This document shows, in pieces, positions 1-14,028 of a stretch of DNA of 64,000 nt. A model generated the notes under the pieces. It saw only the letters and a list, made by a program, of their open reading frames with translations, ran no database searches and was not told the origin of the DNA. Within the stretch, counting starts at the first letter, position 1; each line of letters starts with the position of its first letter. Location: positions 67,704,001 through 67,768,000 of the forward strand of contig OX597832.1 of assembly GCA_951406725.2 (NCBI GenBank). The letters run 5' to 3'. This stretch comes from Octopus vulgaris. Its lineage: Eukaryota. A program made the translations under genes and the position numbers.

Positions 1-32
<32 letters not shown>

Positions 33-398
33 TTATTTGTGAATGTGTGAAGTTATTTGCATTTAAATTTGAATGCTTCTCTGCATGAGTTCTCTCCCAC
101 TCAAAATATTTGTGGCTGAACATTTCTGTGAGAGTATGCGTGCGTAAGTATGTATACATATTTATACACATACAAATATATAATTATTTATTTACATATG
201 TATATTTACACATGTTTATATGGGTGTTCATATCACTGTAATTAATGAATATTTACAATTCTATATACCGTGTTTCATTGAAAATCTACTGTAAAAACGG
301 GGAAAGGATTGAATATCAAGGAATTCTGTATTTTTGATAAAGCAATAATTACTTATCAGCATACAACACTATATTACATTCCTACATAGATACAGTGG

Positions 399-432
<34 letters not shown>

Positions 433-456
433 ATATATACAGAAATATATATATAT

Positions 457-660
457 ATTCTTTTATTCTTTTATTTGCTTCAGTCATTTGAGTGGGGTCA
501 TGCTGGAGCACAGCCTTTAGTCGAACAAATTGACTTATACTTTGTTTGCCTAGTACTTATCCTATCGGTCGTCTCTTTTGCTGAAATGCTAAGTTATGGG
601 GACATAAACACACCGACATTGGTCGTAAAGCGATAGTGGGGGGACAAACAGAAATACAAA
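457..660 (-). mobile_element. 3' half of the same tRNA-derived SINE
   Basis: cttcagtcatttga..catgctggagcac..ctttagtcgaac..gctaagttatggggacataaacacacc matches 13641-13780. Confidence 0.8.
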
Positions 661-963
661 CACACACACACACCATATAGTCGTTGACAGCACCAGCAAC
701 CAATGGTTTCTGGGTAATTTGCCTTCTTCTGTACTGGACAACCGTCTGGATCTATGCCCGGGACATACTGTAAGTAAGGGGGTATACTACTCCTTTCTAA
801 ACGTTGACAGTGCCAGAAAACCAATGATTTCTGAGTAATTTGCCTTCTTCGGTACTCAACAACCGCCTGTATAGAGACAGCAGCTAGTCGACCTTACTTA
901 CAAGTATGCCTTAGACACAGATTAAATGTCGATAAACCAGCTGGAAAAGATGTTTTCCGGCCG

Positions 964-1003
<40 letters not shown>

Positions 1004-1290
1004 TATGTGGGCACAGGATGTCATGAAACGTGTACAATAAAAAAATACGAAATACGAGTTCATGGAATATGAATCATTTTTTCGGACAATGTAAGATACA
1101 AATGGAAAACTTGACAAACAACATAAAGACCGACCCTTCATCAGTTGTTGGCTGCTTTCTACTCTCGTATTTCGAGCATTTAGCAACAGTATACGCTTTC
1201 GATAAAACAGTTGCTCCTGCAAAGCAAACTAAATAAAATTTGGAATTTTGCGAATGGTCAAAATTGGTAACACAAACAGGACAGTGAAAA

Positions 1291-1411
<121 letters not shown>

Positions 1412-1975
1412 ACAATGAGGGTATTTATGCCTCCTATAGAGATATTTATCGAAGATACTGATTTAATATATAAAATTTTGAAGAGACAATACTTCAATGA
1501 ATATATATAAAACATCGCAAGATATCAGACATTTTTATTGAATTAGAAAATCGAGGGGTCTATTAGACACAAATTAATTCATTAATTAATCAACAAATTT
1601 ACCAACAATTGTTTCACTTCTGAAATAAAGATAAAATTTGAAAATAAAGAATAAAAGACCAAAAGAATATATAAAATATACATTAGAATTTTAAATAACT
1701 GATAAGGAAAATCGTCTGGGTTTATAAACTCATGGAACCCTATTTTAAATATGATAATAAGAAAGGTAAAAATTTAAAAAATTAATAGTATTGATAAGGA
1801 TATAATTAAAAGTTCTTATAATAATAGACATAACATTAATTAATAAAGTAAGATATATTCCTTGCATAAATTCTAAGAAAAACTATGTTGATTAATTAAT
1901 AAATTAATTTGTATCCATGGGATCTCTCTGTTTTCTAACACAATATATATGATGTAATACATGTATATAGATGTG

Positions 1976-2033
<58 letters not shown>

Positions 2034-2041
<8 letters not shown>

Positions 2042-2379
2042 AGAGATAGAAGTCCACATGCAATTCATCAAATCCTAATATACATCACACCATATCATAG
2101 AATTTTATTTTAATACTTACTATTTCAGTTCCAAATTACTCTTCTACACGGGTTTCATGAGCTGGGTTTAACATTCACTGATGATTGGGGTTGCAGTCAG
2201 TTAAGACATGTTTCTGAAAAAAACTGAGTGTCTAGTGAACGTTAAACGCACCTCATGAAATCCGTGTAGAAGAGTAATTTGGAACTGTAATAGTAAGTAT
2301 TAAAATAAAATTCTATGATATGGTGTGATGTATATTAGGATTTGATGAATTGCATGTGGACTTCTATCTCTAAATAACA
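2034..2379. repeat. ~145-bp inverted repeat (fold-back), PLE pseudo-LTR with inverted 5' end
   Basis: 2034-2178 pairs with ~2233-2379. CUGAUGA (2178) ... GAAA (2257) is a hammerhead remnant lacking the 5' strand of stem I. Confidence 0.85.
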
Positions 2380-2460
2380 TATATATTTCCTTATTGAGAA
2401 TAATACAATTTATTTCAATCACTGTGACACCGGAATTTTTATTCCCTAATAAATAAAATA

Positions 2461-2515
<55 letters not shown>

Positions 2516-2517
<2 letters not shown>

Positions 2518-3068
2518 AAGGTTAAATAGGTATCATTACCATTACAAATAATAGTAATGATAATGATAAAGTGGCTAGCTTGTTTAGTATAAGTAAAATA
2601 TAAGTAAAATATAAACAAAATGCAGTAAGGGTATTAAAATACCACTTGCTATAAATAGAGCCATCGCACTAATTTCACAAGTTACTCAAAATTAAAATAA
2701 ACATGGCGAATGCAATAAACAAAGCAAAAATAGGCTTACCTTGTATGAACGACAGAAGTAAGGAATGCGTATATTCCAGGATCAATTGATTTCGCTTTCT
2801 GTATAAAAAAATCATATTTGAGCTCGTTAGTCGAACTTAACGTAACAACAAATATTTCTGAAGTATTCATCACATTACACCGAGTGTGTTCTTATTTTTG
2901 AATGCTCCGGCGTCATTCAAAACGAACATATTGTGAGCGAGTTGTATTTAAATACCCTTATTGAATTTTATCTATATTTTACCTATAAAGGCGTAAACTT
3001 GCTAGCCGCTTTATTATTATCATCATCATTATTATAAATACTGGTAATGATGCCTATTTAACTTCAAA
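2516..3068. repeat. Diverged ~135-bp inverted repeat (MITE-like or inverted PLE end)
   Basis: ttaaataggtatcattacca..gtggctagc..aagggtattaaaatac (2516-2650) versus its reverse complement at 2936-3068. Confidence 0.7.
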
Positions 3069-3653
3069 TCATACTCGCTCATGAAATGTAGAACTTGGAA
3101 CTGACTTATAAAAGCATTTATTATACTGTATGATATAGTATGTTTGCATAACGAAGTACCACATACCTGCAGATCTTTAGTGCTTCATGCCTATGTAGTG
3201 ACAGGGGAGCTAACTGCTCCACAGCGAATGAGGTCACCATACTAGGTATTCTAGTTTTGATTGAAATTAAAAGCTCATTAGTGGTGACCACTCTGTCGCT
3301 GAATGTTTGGCCAAATCCAGACTGTAAGTATTTACCATTCGAATCAATGGCAGATTGAGAAAAATGGTAATTTGAAAATTATAAAATAACGAATGTGGTT
3401 GTTTGTGTGTGTGTGTGCGCGCGCGCTTGTCCCCCGCTATTACTTGACAACCACCGTTTCTACGTTAATGTAACTTAACGGTTCGGTAAAAAAGGACACC
3501 AATAGGATAAGACCACCTCTTAAGAAGAAAATAAGAACTGCCTCATTTTGTTCGACTAAAAGTTCCTCGAGGAATATATATTGGTTCAGATGTTCAGAAT
3601 CAAAAAGACAAAGATAGGTGGGGGAACAAGAAGCAGGTGTATTATATCTTTAC

Positions 3654-3698
<45 letters not shown>

Positions 3699-4506
3699 AA
3701 CATGTACACGAGTATTTGATACTGAAATAAAATATATGAAATACGTTATGTAACACTTTTAGAAAATTAATTTCATTGTTTGCCGAACAGAAATGAGAGA
3801 AGATGGGAGAAGCATCAGATTAAATGCTTTTCTGCAGTAATTTTTTCATTACTGCCTTGGACACTTGCGCAAGTTGTAGCATCATCATCCTCCATACGGG
3901 AGAAATATACGTTTGGGTATGTGAAACCAGACAAAGTAGACTATTCTTTACTCACCAAATATTTATGTGCCAACATTTTATCTATTACTTCGATATAAAT
4001 TTCTTGAAATATCTCGGAAAACGTGATTATTAATCTGACTTCTTAGTGAATAGGGATCTTTTTTCTTTCTTTTCTTTGAATTAGGATGTTTGTTGAGCTA
4101 TAATTGGTATGTCAATAGAATTTCGAGGAAAGAGACTTGCTAAGAATGAGATTTATATGTTGGTGAGAAGCAGCATGTCAAAATATATTAAGTTGAAACA
4201 GAAGATTAAATTGATCTTGGTTTGAATAGAGAAGCCAAATGTCTGGACATGTTCCTTTCAGCTGGTCGTGAGAGGTTATTCCTGCAAATCACTTTGACAA
4301 CCTATTCTTTGGAGAAGAACAATGCGCGCACACACATTCGCATATAAGTATAATCAAGCAGGAACACATAATTGGATGGCCTTGTACAAGTATACACATG
4401 CATTCTCACAGAATTGGCTACACACTAGGCAGCCGTATGCCTACGCATGTACACACGTATATTGAGAAATACATGCATACAAACATATATAGGTGTGTGT
4501 GTATAC

Positions 4507-4569
<63 letters not shown>

Positions 4570-4614
4570 TAGAGAGAGAGAGAGAGGGCGTGAGAGAAAG
4601 ATACAGAAACATAG

Positions 4615-4720
<106 letters not shown>

Positions 4721-5204
4721 TGGTAGATCGATAGATAGACGTAGATATTTACTTTGTGTGTGCATGTGTGCAGGAACTAAGAATGGATAGGAATGTGTTT
4801 GAGCTGGTGTGAATGTATTTGTGCATGCATCAAAGGAAAATAGGTATATGTACAAATGTGAAAAAATATTGTATAGCAAGGTGTATGTGTATGTCTGTGT
4901 GTGTACGGGTGTTTGTGTTTGAGTACGTGAGCGTATGTGCGTGTAAATAAACCCTCGAACACACATACGCCGGTGGGAAGACAGTTATAGTACGTATGAT
5001 TGCCTCTACGCACATTCACACACGAACGAAAGTACATATATTATACGCATTAATACAAACTCATTCAAATTTATTATATACACGCATATCAGCGCAATGC
5101 TTCAATTCGCGATGGGAAACAAAATTTGAATAGTTAACAGAAACGCACACATAAAGATTCGGTCCCGAACAATCACATATCCAAACATATCCACATAATA
5201 AGCA

Positions 5205-5240
<36 letters not shown>

Positions 5241-5641
5241 CTATCTCTCTCACCACCACTACCATTACCACCATTATCATAATCTGGACATGTCCGGTTT
5301 TTTGTCTGGCTCCATGAAGATAACGTTTAACATTCGGAGTTATAAAAGAGACAAAATCGCGTGACTGTAAGCAGCTGATCTGTGAAGTATTAAACTGGAA
5401 ATACACGGGCTTCTCGGGTATGTGCACGCTGAGGTGTTAGTAGGTACCTATCACCATTGCTGGTAATTCCCTGCAGAATCATGCATGGCCGTCTGAAGGC
5501 ATCTGTGAGGAGAATGAGTTTACCATACTGCCTTCCTTTGCTCGAATGTTTGCATAAAAACATACACGCACATAATCTATCCACGCACTCGGACAAACAA
5601 ACATTCAAAGCACATAATTCCGTAGTAATGTATAACAGAAT

Positions 5642-5675
<34 letters not shown>

Positions 5676-5749
5676 AGATTAATACATATATACTGTAATA
5701 CACAAAAATAGATATGTTATTTAAATACACCATCAAACTGATTGACTCG

Positions 5750-5825
<76 letters not shown>

Positions 5826-6631
5826 AACGCGCAAACAAATACCTTTAGACGCTGCATTAGTTTTGCACTCAAGATGAATTTAACAAAAACATATTTCATC
5901 TGAGATACTCTGGAGACTCGCTAGGCTTTGATGTTAATTTCATCCGATAGACTCAGGAGAGAAAAGTATTCAATTTACTTTCAATAATGTCATTAACATC
6001 ATCATCACCGTCATGAACAGTGGCAGAAGCAGAAAATATAGGATCATTAACATTGTTGTGGCCAACATCCTTATTACCACCAGCAGCAGCAGCACCGCTA
6101 CCACTACCTCTACCATCACCATTTCTATTATCTTCACCACCTGGAAAACTACAACCGACACCAGCATCTCGGTTGACGTCATTAAGACCCTTGTATTCCT
6201 TCGGTTTTTGGTAAATTTGAATATTCCTCAATCCGTTGAAATTCTAGATACAAGGCAGTATAATGTGCCAAAACTAAGAAAGGAATTTATCTTCCAACGA
6301 ATGATCTGATCCAATTTTCTAATGCATAAGGTATTCATGTAGAACAAACCACAAGACCCATGTGATGGTTTTTAAACTGGTGAAGATTTAAAATTAACAC
6401 CAACAAATATCAAAGCAAAAATTTTAAAGTATTACATCAAGGGAACTTTTATGATGTTCCAGCAATTGAGCCAATCGACCACCAGACTTGGACTGGCTTG
6501 TGTTTTTTTCATCATGACAGAATGAAAATGCAAAATCGAGACTACAATAGAAGAGACATGTACCCAAGACCGGGCAAAATTCCCGAAGATGTGTTTGAGT
6601 AGCTTTCACCAAAGGGCTTCACCTCTACATT

Positions 6632-6704
<73 letters not shown>

Positions 6705-6807
6705 TTATTTATACACACACCTACACCCATGTTTGTATATATTTTTGTATATATATATATATATATATGTATAAATATATATATATATATATATACTTAT
6801 ATGTATC

Positions 6808-6838
<31 letters not shown>

Positions 6839-6921
6839 GTATATGTATATATATATGTATATGTATATGTATATATATGTATATATATGCATATGTATAT
6901 ATGTGTATATATATATAAATA

Positions 6922-6964
<43 letters not shown>

Positions 6965-7126
6965 GTATATATATATGTATATATATATATGTATATGTAT
7001 AAATATTTGTATATGTATATGTATATATATATATGTATATATATATGTATATATATGTATATAAATATATATGTATATATATATATATATCTATGTATAT
7101 ATATATGTGTATATATATATAAGTCT

Positions 7127-7157
<31 letters not shown>

Positions 7158-7188
7158 TATGTATATATATACATATGTATGTATATAT

Positions 7189-7238
<50 letters not shown>

Positions 7239-7260
7239 GTATATATATATGTATATATAT

Positions 7261-8000
7261 GTAAGTAAAATTACATTTAATTCATTAATAGCGAAACAAT
7301 TGTCCCAAAATAATCTGTATTTTTGTTATTTTTTATTTGCCCTGTCCGTGTGAGCTAACAATCGTACTGACTTTCATGGGAAACATGTATTTTCGTGGTT
7401 GAAACCTTTTGGATTAACTGGTGCTAGAGTGAGCAATATAGTGACCACTCTCTTATATTTATTTTGTAAAAATATTATAATATGTTATAAAATATTATAA
7501 TAATCCAGGTTTCTCGGAGCACTAGGCCACTTGGTGTTGAATAAATATACTATTAAATTAGTATCTAATTCTCTCACCCTTATTAATTAATTATAATTAT
7601 GCTGCATTTATTTCTAAATGCTGTATCTGTTTTCCGTGAATGTTTGGCGCGCTGTTGGTTGGGGCATTTGAATTATAACGTCGGATGTAATCAATTGAAC
7701 CACACGCGTATTTATCGTTATGGTAAAATCTGGCGTGTGATTGAGTGGATTTCATCCAGATAGTTTTGGCTGACGAGCTACAAATGGATTTTTTTTTGTA
7801 AGTAAAATTACATTTAATTCATTAATAGCGAAACAATTGTCCCAAAATAATCTGTATTTTTGTTATTTTTTATTTGCCCTGTCCGTGTGAGCTAACAATC
7901 GTACTGACTTTCATGGGAAACATGTATTTTCGTGGTTGAAACCTTTTGGATTAACTGGTGCTAGAGTGAGCAATATAGTGACCACTCTCTTATATTTATT
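7261..8000 (+). mobile_element. ORF-less, terminally redundant hammerhead-containing element (PLE pseudo-LTR / retrozyme-like; 537-bp monomer + 203-bp repeat)
   Basis: 7261-7463 repeats apparently exactly at 7798-8000. Embedded in a (TA)n-derived tract and contains a canonical hammerhead. Confidence 0.8.
7757..7854 (+). ncRNA. Type I hammerhead ribozyme (canonical core)
   Basis: Stem I UUUUGG/CCAAAA (+CAGAU/AUCUG), CUGACGA 7770-76, stem II GCUA...UAGC, GAAA, palindromic ACAAUUGU, cleavage after C7841. Confidence 0.85.
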
Positions 8001-8210
8001 ATATATATATATGTATATGTATATATATGTATATATATACGTATATGTATATATATATATATATGTATATATATGTGTATGTATATATATATATGTATAT
8101 GTATATATATATATGTATATATATATACATATACATATGTATATATATGTATATATGTATATATGTATATATGTATATGTATATATATATATGTATATGT
8201 ATATATAAAC

Positions 8211-8256
<46 letters not shown>

Positions 8257-8373
8257 GTATATATACATATACATATATATATACATATACATATACATAT
8301 ATACATGTATATATATATACATATATACATGTATATATATACATATATACATATATACATGTATATATATATA

Positions 8374-8443
<70 letters not shown>

Positions 8444-8789
8444 TTCATGTATGTGTATGTATTTCTGTATGTTGTGTGATTATGCTTATAATCCACACGC
8501 AATGTCAAATAAATTATGTATGTTTTGATGAAAAAAATAATTTTAACATTCAGAATTGTCACTTCTCCCCTTGTTTATGTAATTCAGAGAGCAATATAAT
8601 CACAATGAATTATTATACCAGATGTTTTTGCCATATTAAATGAGCGCTATAAGTTGTATTTTTTGTCAAGATATCAGCATTTGTTGCGGTAATTTTGTTA
8701 TGTCTTTGCAAATATATTTTATTGATTATATCTCATGATTGTACGTGTGTAAATATGGAATACATGCATATGTGTGACAACGTACACTA

Positions 8790-9347
8790 ATGGTTGAATA
8801 CACACACACATTCTCACAAACACGTATATATATATATGTATTTACTATAAATGCATTTACTAATACTAACATTAATTTAGCTAATACCATCCAACCCTCT
8901 AGAAATATTAATAACAAGGTTATTGTATCTGAAGTCAATTCCAATAGAATTAAATTTATGTCAAGTAACTCTAAGATTAAAAATTCTATATACCAGTGTA
9001 TAATCAGTACTCGTAATAAAGTACGATTTTACATTGGAAGCACATCGTTAGAGTTATCTAAAAGAATTTCTATCCATTACTCAACATTTAGGGATAGAAA
9101 TAAACGGAATAGTACCGGTCTCAGCAAACTGATTTGGGATTTAAAAGACCACAATGAGCAATTTCATTTAGAATGGTTGATCCTCTCAATTTCGATACCA
9201 TATGACAAAGGCAAGAAATACTGTCTTCTCTGCAATTCTGAGCTATTTTTCATTATTTTTTCTAAAAATACTCTAGTAAACACGGTTATAGAGCGAGCAT
9301 ACAGATGTAAGCATTGGCAAAAACATACATTTAGTGCATATAAGTAG
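8790..9347 (+). pseudogene. GIY-YIG endonuclease domain of a 5'-truncated Penelope-like element
   Basis: SIY...FYIGST..LSKRISIH, STGLSKLIWDLK and C-terminal CLLCNSELFFI, typical of a PLE endonuclease. The N-terminus of the ORF is microsatellite-derived. Confidence 0.85.
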
Positions 9348-9548
9348 TTTCTATAATTATATATAATTTAAACTTTAATTTCCTTTATATTTAACATTCA
9401 CTATTAATATCCCTACTCTCTCTGTTAGCTACTTATGACGTTATATCATATAACGTTTTTTTAAACAATATTAATAGCGTTCTGTCTATCGCTATACAAA
9501 TCCATCATTTTTTGCTAAAATGTCGTATTGACGAGTTTCTTTTTTTTC

Positions 9549-9634
9549 ACTTTCCCGAAGAGAAGATTGCATTGTTTATACCATTTATTCTTTTGAATAG
9601 TATCAGTGGAATTTTCGAAACATTTGTCGAAAGT
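9549..9634 (+). ncRNA. Type I hammerhead-like motif in PLE 3' pseudo-LTR (core CCGAAGA, U4C)
   Basis: Stem I ACUUUC/GAAAGU, stem II GAAGAUU...AAUUUUC, GAAA-CAUUUG-UC; ~200 bp downstream of the GIY-YIG stop. Confidence 0.7.
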
Positions 9635-9822
9635 AAAAATATTTGTTTACACCTGCGTTAACTCCAATTTTTATTCATAGTATTCAAATATTCAACGTAA
9701 ACACGAAGTTTCTACCTTTATAAACAAGGAGTTACAACATCTTTACTTGTGAGATTTTTGCTGCCCTGGTAACTATTTATTTATTTTCCGTGTTAATTGT
9801 TAACAAGGTAAAAATACACTCA

Positions 9823-9859
<37 letters not shown>

Positions 9860-12800
9860 CCATACATACGTACATACACAAACACACACGTGCACGCATG
9901 CACATACACACATATACACACATATGCATGTTGAGTGTTCTATAGTTAATTTATGTGCTTGTTTGTATATATGTTATATGAGCGTATATTTACTTAATAT
10001 GGTGCCTCGAGGTTTAACGCAACTAAATGTTTTCTGTGACCAGTGCAAGCGCGTTTTCAGCCACATAGAGTTATCTAAGAAAGAAAAATAATTCGACGTA
10101 GGAAGGATTCGATATGAAAGACACATGGGTAAAATTATAAATACAATAGAGTGTAAAATTATAAATACAATAACAAGCTGGAGAACATAAGGACATCATC
10201 AAGATGATAATGTTGACGCTGATGGTGATAATGATGACAATATCGAGGGCGGCGGCAAATAAAATTCTATATTGAATACGAATCCAAATGAATTCTATGG
10301 GATAAATAACGTTTAGAGAACAAAATAGGAAAGTGGTGTTTTTACTGTCTTATAAAACGATATTCTTTCAAAAATATACATAAAAATAATGCAAAAATAA
10401 TTAAAATTGTTAATAAATATTCTGATGTTATCATTGTTAATGAGATCATGAAATACCTTTGAGGAAATAAAATATGAGATTATGAAGATAAAGCTAACTA
10501 ATCAACAGAGATAATTTCTGTATCAGAGCGGAGATAAGTCATTTACATTACAGAAAATTTAAATCTTACTACTAAACGAATTAAATTGTAAGTCGTCCGG
10601 TTAGATATGTGATTGCTGCTATGTTATTGCATAAGCAGTAAACACAGCCGTGACCCGCAAGTGAGTGTAAGCAGCCGGCATGCAGCACGCTTTTGCTAAT
10701 GATTTTGGGTGCTTCAATGGCCGCTAGCGGCCATTGATATATGTCCGAGCTTCCCATTCTGATCCAGTGGCTCATCAAAACTTCAACAGGTTGTTGATGA
10801 GTGTGTTTCACCAGCACTCGACCGTAACTTGTTTCATCTGAGATAGTTTCGTGTGATTATGAACCCAACACGCAAACCAGTAGACGATGTACGTTTACCC
10901 TAAGAAATAATGGCAGATAAACTGAGAAAGGCGTTCCGTAGAATAAGATGTTACTGTTGTTCTGGTATTTGTTCACGTTTTCGGTGAAACTTTATGGCAG
11001 ATAATAATAAATGATCATTTTGACTCTAGATAAGACCTTCCCTTCAATTTTGATTTTCAAATCTCTTTCGTATATAATATATCATTTCACTCAGCTGAAA
11101 ACTAATGTGTGTTTGAAAGGAGTCTTGGATAACCTTTCTAGCTAATCATGAAGTGGCGTTGGGTACGGAAGAACAAATAACTGCCTGCCTGCAAACTAAG
11201 TGAACTGAAAAAAAAAATGAACGTTAAGCACACAACGATCACGCATGTCACTTTTCTCCAACTGTCGGTTTTGGTGAACATTAGCCATTTTTTGTGCAGT
11301 GTCCTAGATATGATGCCTTGGTCTTCTCTTTGAATACCTACTATTTAGTGCATTGGCTTTTTTCATTTACTTATTTATTTTTCATTTGATAATGTAGCGT
11401 GATACTACAGAAAGATTTGTAGCAATGCTGCAATGAATAATCTACGAAACCACAGTCATATATACATACATACATAAACACATGTATGCATACACACATA
11501 CATACGTACATTATTGCCAATCTTGAGAAGCACCGTTTGACAAAACCGAAAGGAACACGTCTAATCACAATATAAGAGCTCGACATATGTAAAACATTAT
11601 GAACGTTCGTGTGTGAATGAATAGATGTGTAGAATTATAAAGGAACATTCATTTATTGTATTATTTGTTTTTAATTTGCTGTGTAAATGACAGCGAATAA
11701 CAACATTACATTTTTGCAGTATTTATTTACGTAGCTTCATTTACATTCCAATATTCCGTCCTGCTGGAGTCAACTTGTATTTCTTTCCTCTCTGGAGGTG
11801 GGAATTGAGAATTCTACTTGTGTTAATATTGTAAAGACATCCTACATATGTCATCCTACACACTAGAGAATACTGTGAACATAAGAACTTAATATTACAT
11901 TATTATGTTACTTAATGGATTTTCTTTGTGTTACGAAATCACTGTTCTTGCTAATATTATTACGCAAATTGTGGAAATGAGGAATTGGCTGAAACATTTC
12001 AACCTCTGACAGAATGCCTTGGTGTATTTGTTCCGGTCCTTACATTCTATATTCAAATTTGCCTTTCACCTCTTCTCGGTTTTTAAGGTAATGTGCCAAT
12101 TATGCATCGCTCTCGATGAAATCAACGAATTTGATCCCTGCATAATATCTGTCTTTCTACCTAAATACGAAATAATTATTAAGGGCAATGAATTGGAAGG
12201 ATTTTTAGAGCCTCGAGCAAAATTTCTCGCTGTATTTATTGCATCTCTTAAAATTTTGATTTCAAATGTCGCCATCGCCCAAATTTGATGCTCATCCTTC
12301 TGGTGTCGATAAAATAAATGATCAGTCTACTATTGGGAACTCTCTAATTGACTGATAGCCCCCACCCCTCCCACTTTCAAAACTTATTAGAATCTCCTGA
12401 CATCCCAAGCTGCAAGCCTCACCACCAGATGAAATGCAATGTCAAGTCTTTGATAGGGATAAATAAGATTCCTATTTAACCAAAATAAAACTTGTTTACA
12501 AACCTGTCTGTGTAAGAAGTATTGGTCCATATCCGTTGGTATCAAACTCGATATTTGATCCTTCCGTGCTCAATAAAACAAAGTACCAGTCAGTTACTGT
12601 GATCGATATAATCGAATATTTCCCGACATACAAATTTCTGGCGTTTTGTTTAGTTTATGCAACTGTTGAATGATGCAATACGTAAAACACAAGGAAAATA
12701 TGTTCCCTGCGATATTTCTACGCCCGGGAAAATTGCGAGTTTCTATCAGGTCTCAATTTCCTTCGATGTGGATTTGCTAAATATCTCTCACTCAATATAT

Positions 12801-13640
12801 AAATATATATGTGTGTGTGTAAATGTGTATGCATATGTGTCCTAATATATATTCATATGTGTGTACGTGTGTGTATGTATGTGTGTTTGTGTGTGTGTGT
12901 CTTGTATCTTACTCTCGCGTAAAATATATTTATTTCTCCTCTAGGCACAAGGCCCGAAAATTTTCGGGAGGTGGGAGCAGTCGATTAGATCGACACCAGT
13001 ATGCAACTGGCACTTATTTATTGACTCCGAAAGGATGAAATCCAGTCTACCTTGACGGAATTTCTCGAGTAAAATCTATTGACGCTGATACTGGATCTGT
13101 TTGAGAAATTTAGGGTAATTGGTATTAGTGTAAAGAAATGAGGGAATTTGTTTGGCAGAAGCATCGGATTAAATACTTCACAGAATTCTCTCCGTTACGG
13201 TTAGAAGGGAAATACATTCGATCTGGAGTCAATACAAAACATGGATCTCAAGTAAAGAGAGTGTAAGCAATTCAACTAACTTCCCTCAATATATTCTACC
13301 CACATCCATTGTCTCTCCTCAAGTCTATCAGTGACAACGTCGCGCGGCATATTATGGTATCATCACCATTGTCACAATTGCCGTTGTCATCTTTGTCTTT
13401 ATCATTATCATTATCATCATCATCATCATCAGTCATCGTTACATCATCATCATAATCATTATCATTGCTGTCGTCGATGTCGTAATCCTCATGAACTTCG
13501 TCACTTTGATCATCGTCGTTTTTCTCCTCGTCTTCGCCTCTTTTTTGTCCGAAGTCAGCATGTTCATTAAGAGAGTTCCATGTTCGATCTGCAGAATGCC
13601 CCGAGGAAAGGTTTACATGGACTGCAAGGAAGCGTTTTAT

Positions 13641-14028
13641 GTACTTATACTTTTGTTTGTTTCAGTCATTTTAACTGCGGCGATGCTGGAGTATCACCTT
13701 TAGTCGAACGGTTCTTTTGTCGAACCGCTAAGTTACAGGTACATAGACACACTAACGTCACTTGTCAAGCGATGGTGGTGGGAGACGGATACACACACAC
13801 ACACACACGCATACACACACACACACGCGCACACACACACACACATGCACACATATATATATGACGGGCTTCTTTCAGACTCCGTCTACCAAATCCATTC
13901 ACAAGGCTTTGGTCGGCCCGGGGCAATAGTAGAGGCCATTTCACCAAAGTGCAACGCAGTGGGTGGGACTGAACCTGGAACCATGTGGTTGGGAAGCAAG
14001 CTTCTTGCTACACAGTCACGCCTGCGCC
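13641..14028 (-). mobile_element. Full-length tRNA-derived Octopus-type SINE with internal (TA)/(GT) microsatellite
   Basis: Minus-strand head GGCGCAGGCGTGACTGTGTAG (A-box-like) and GGTTCAGTCCC (B box); tail ...GACTGAAACAAACAAAAG. Many other copies in the window. Confidence 0.85.

Larger units (their letters stand above)
6630..8440. repeat. Compound (CTAT)n and degenerate (TA)n/(TATATG)n microsatellite field hosting the 7261-8000 insertion
   Basis: Direct reading. Confidence 0.95.

Noticed and set aside
261-365. Minus-strand hammerhead-like remnant (CUGAUAA...GAAACACGGUA); similar half motifs at ~1600, ~57160 and ~61135
   Set aside because: Core mutated without compensation or one half missing, and stems are weak.
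6729-8562. Many 60-190 aa ORFs rich in YI/IY/CV (also at 31.6, 40-41.8, 44.8 and 47.8 kb)
   Set aside because: Translations of (TA)n/(GT)n microsatellites, which lack stop codons.
11750-12460. Possible Helitron/Pif1 helicase relic on the minus strand
   Set aside because: Only vague resemblance; no intact motif could be read. A translated search would be needed.
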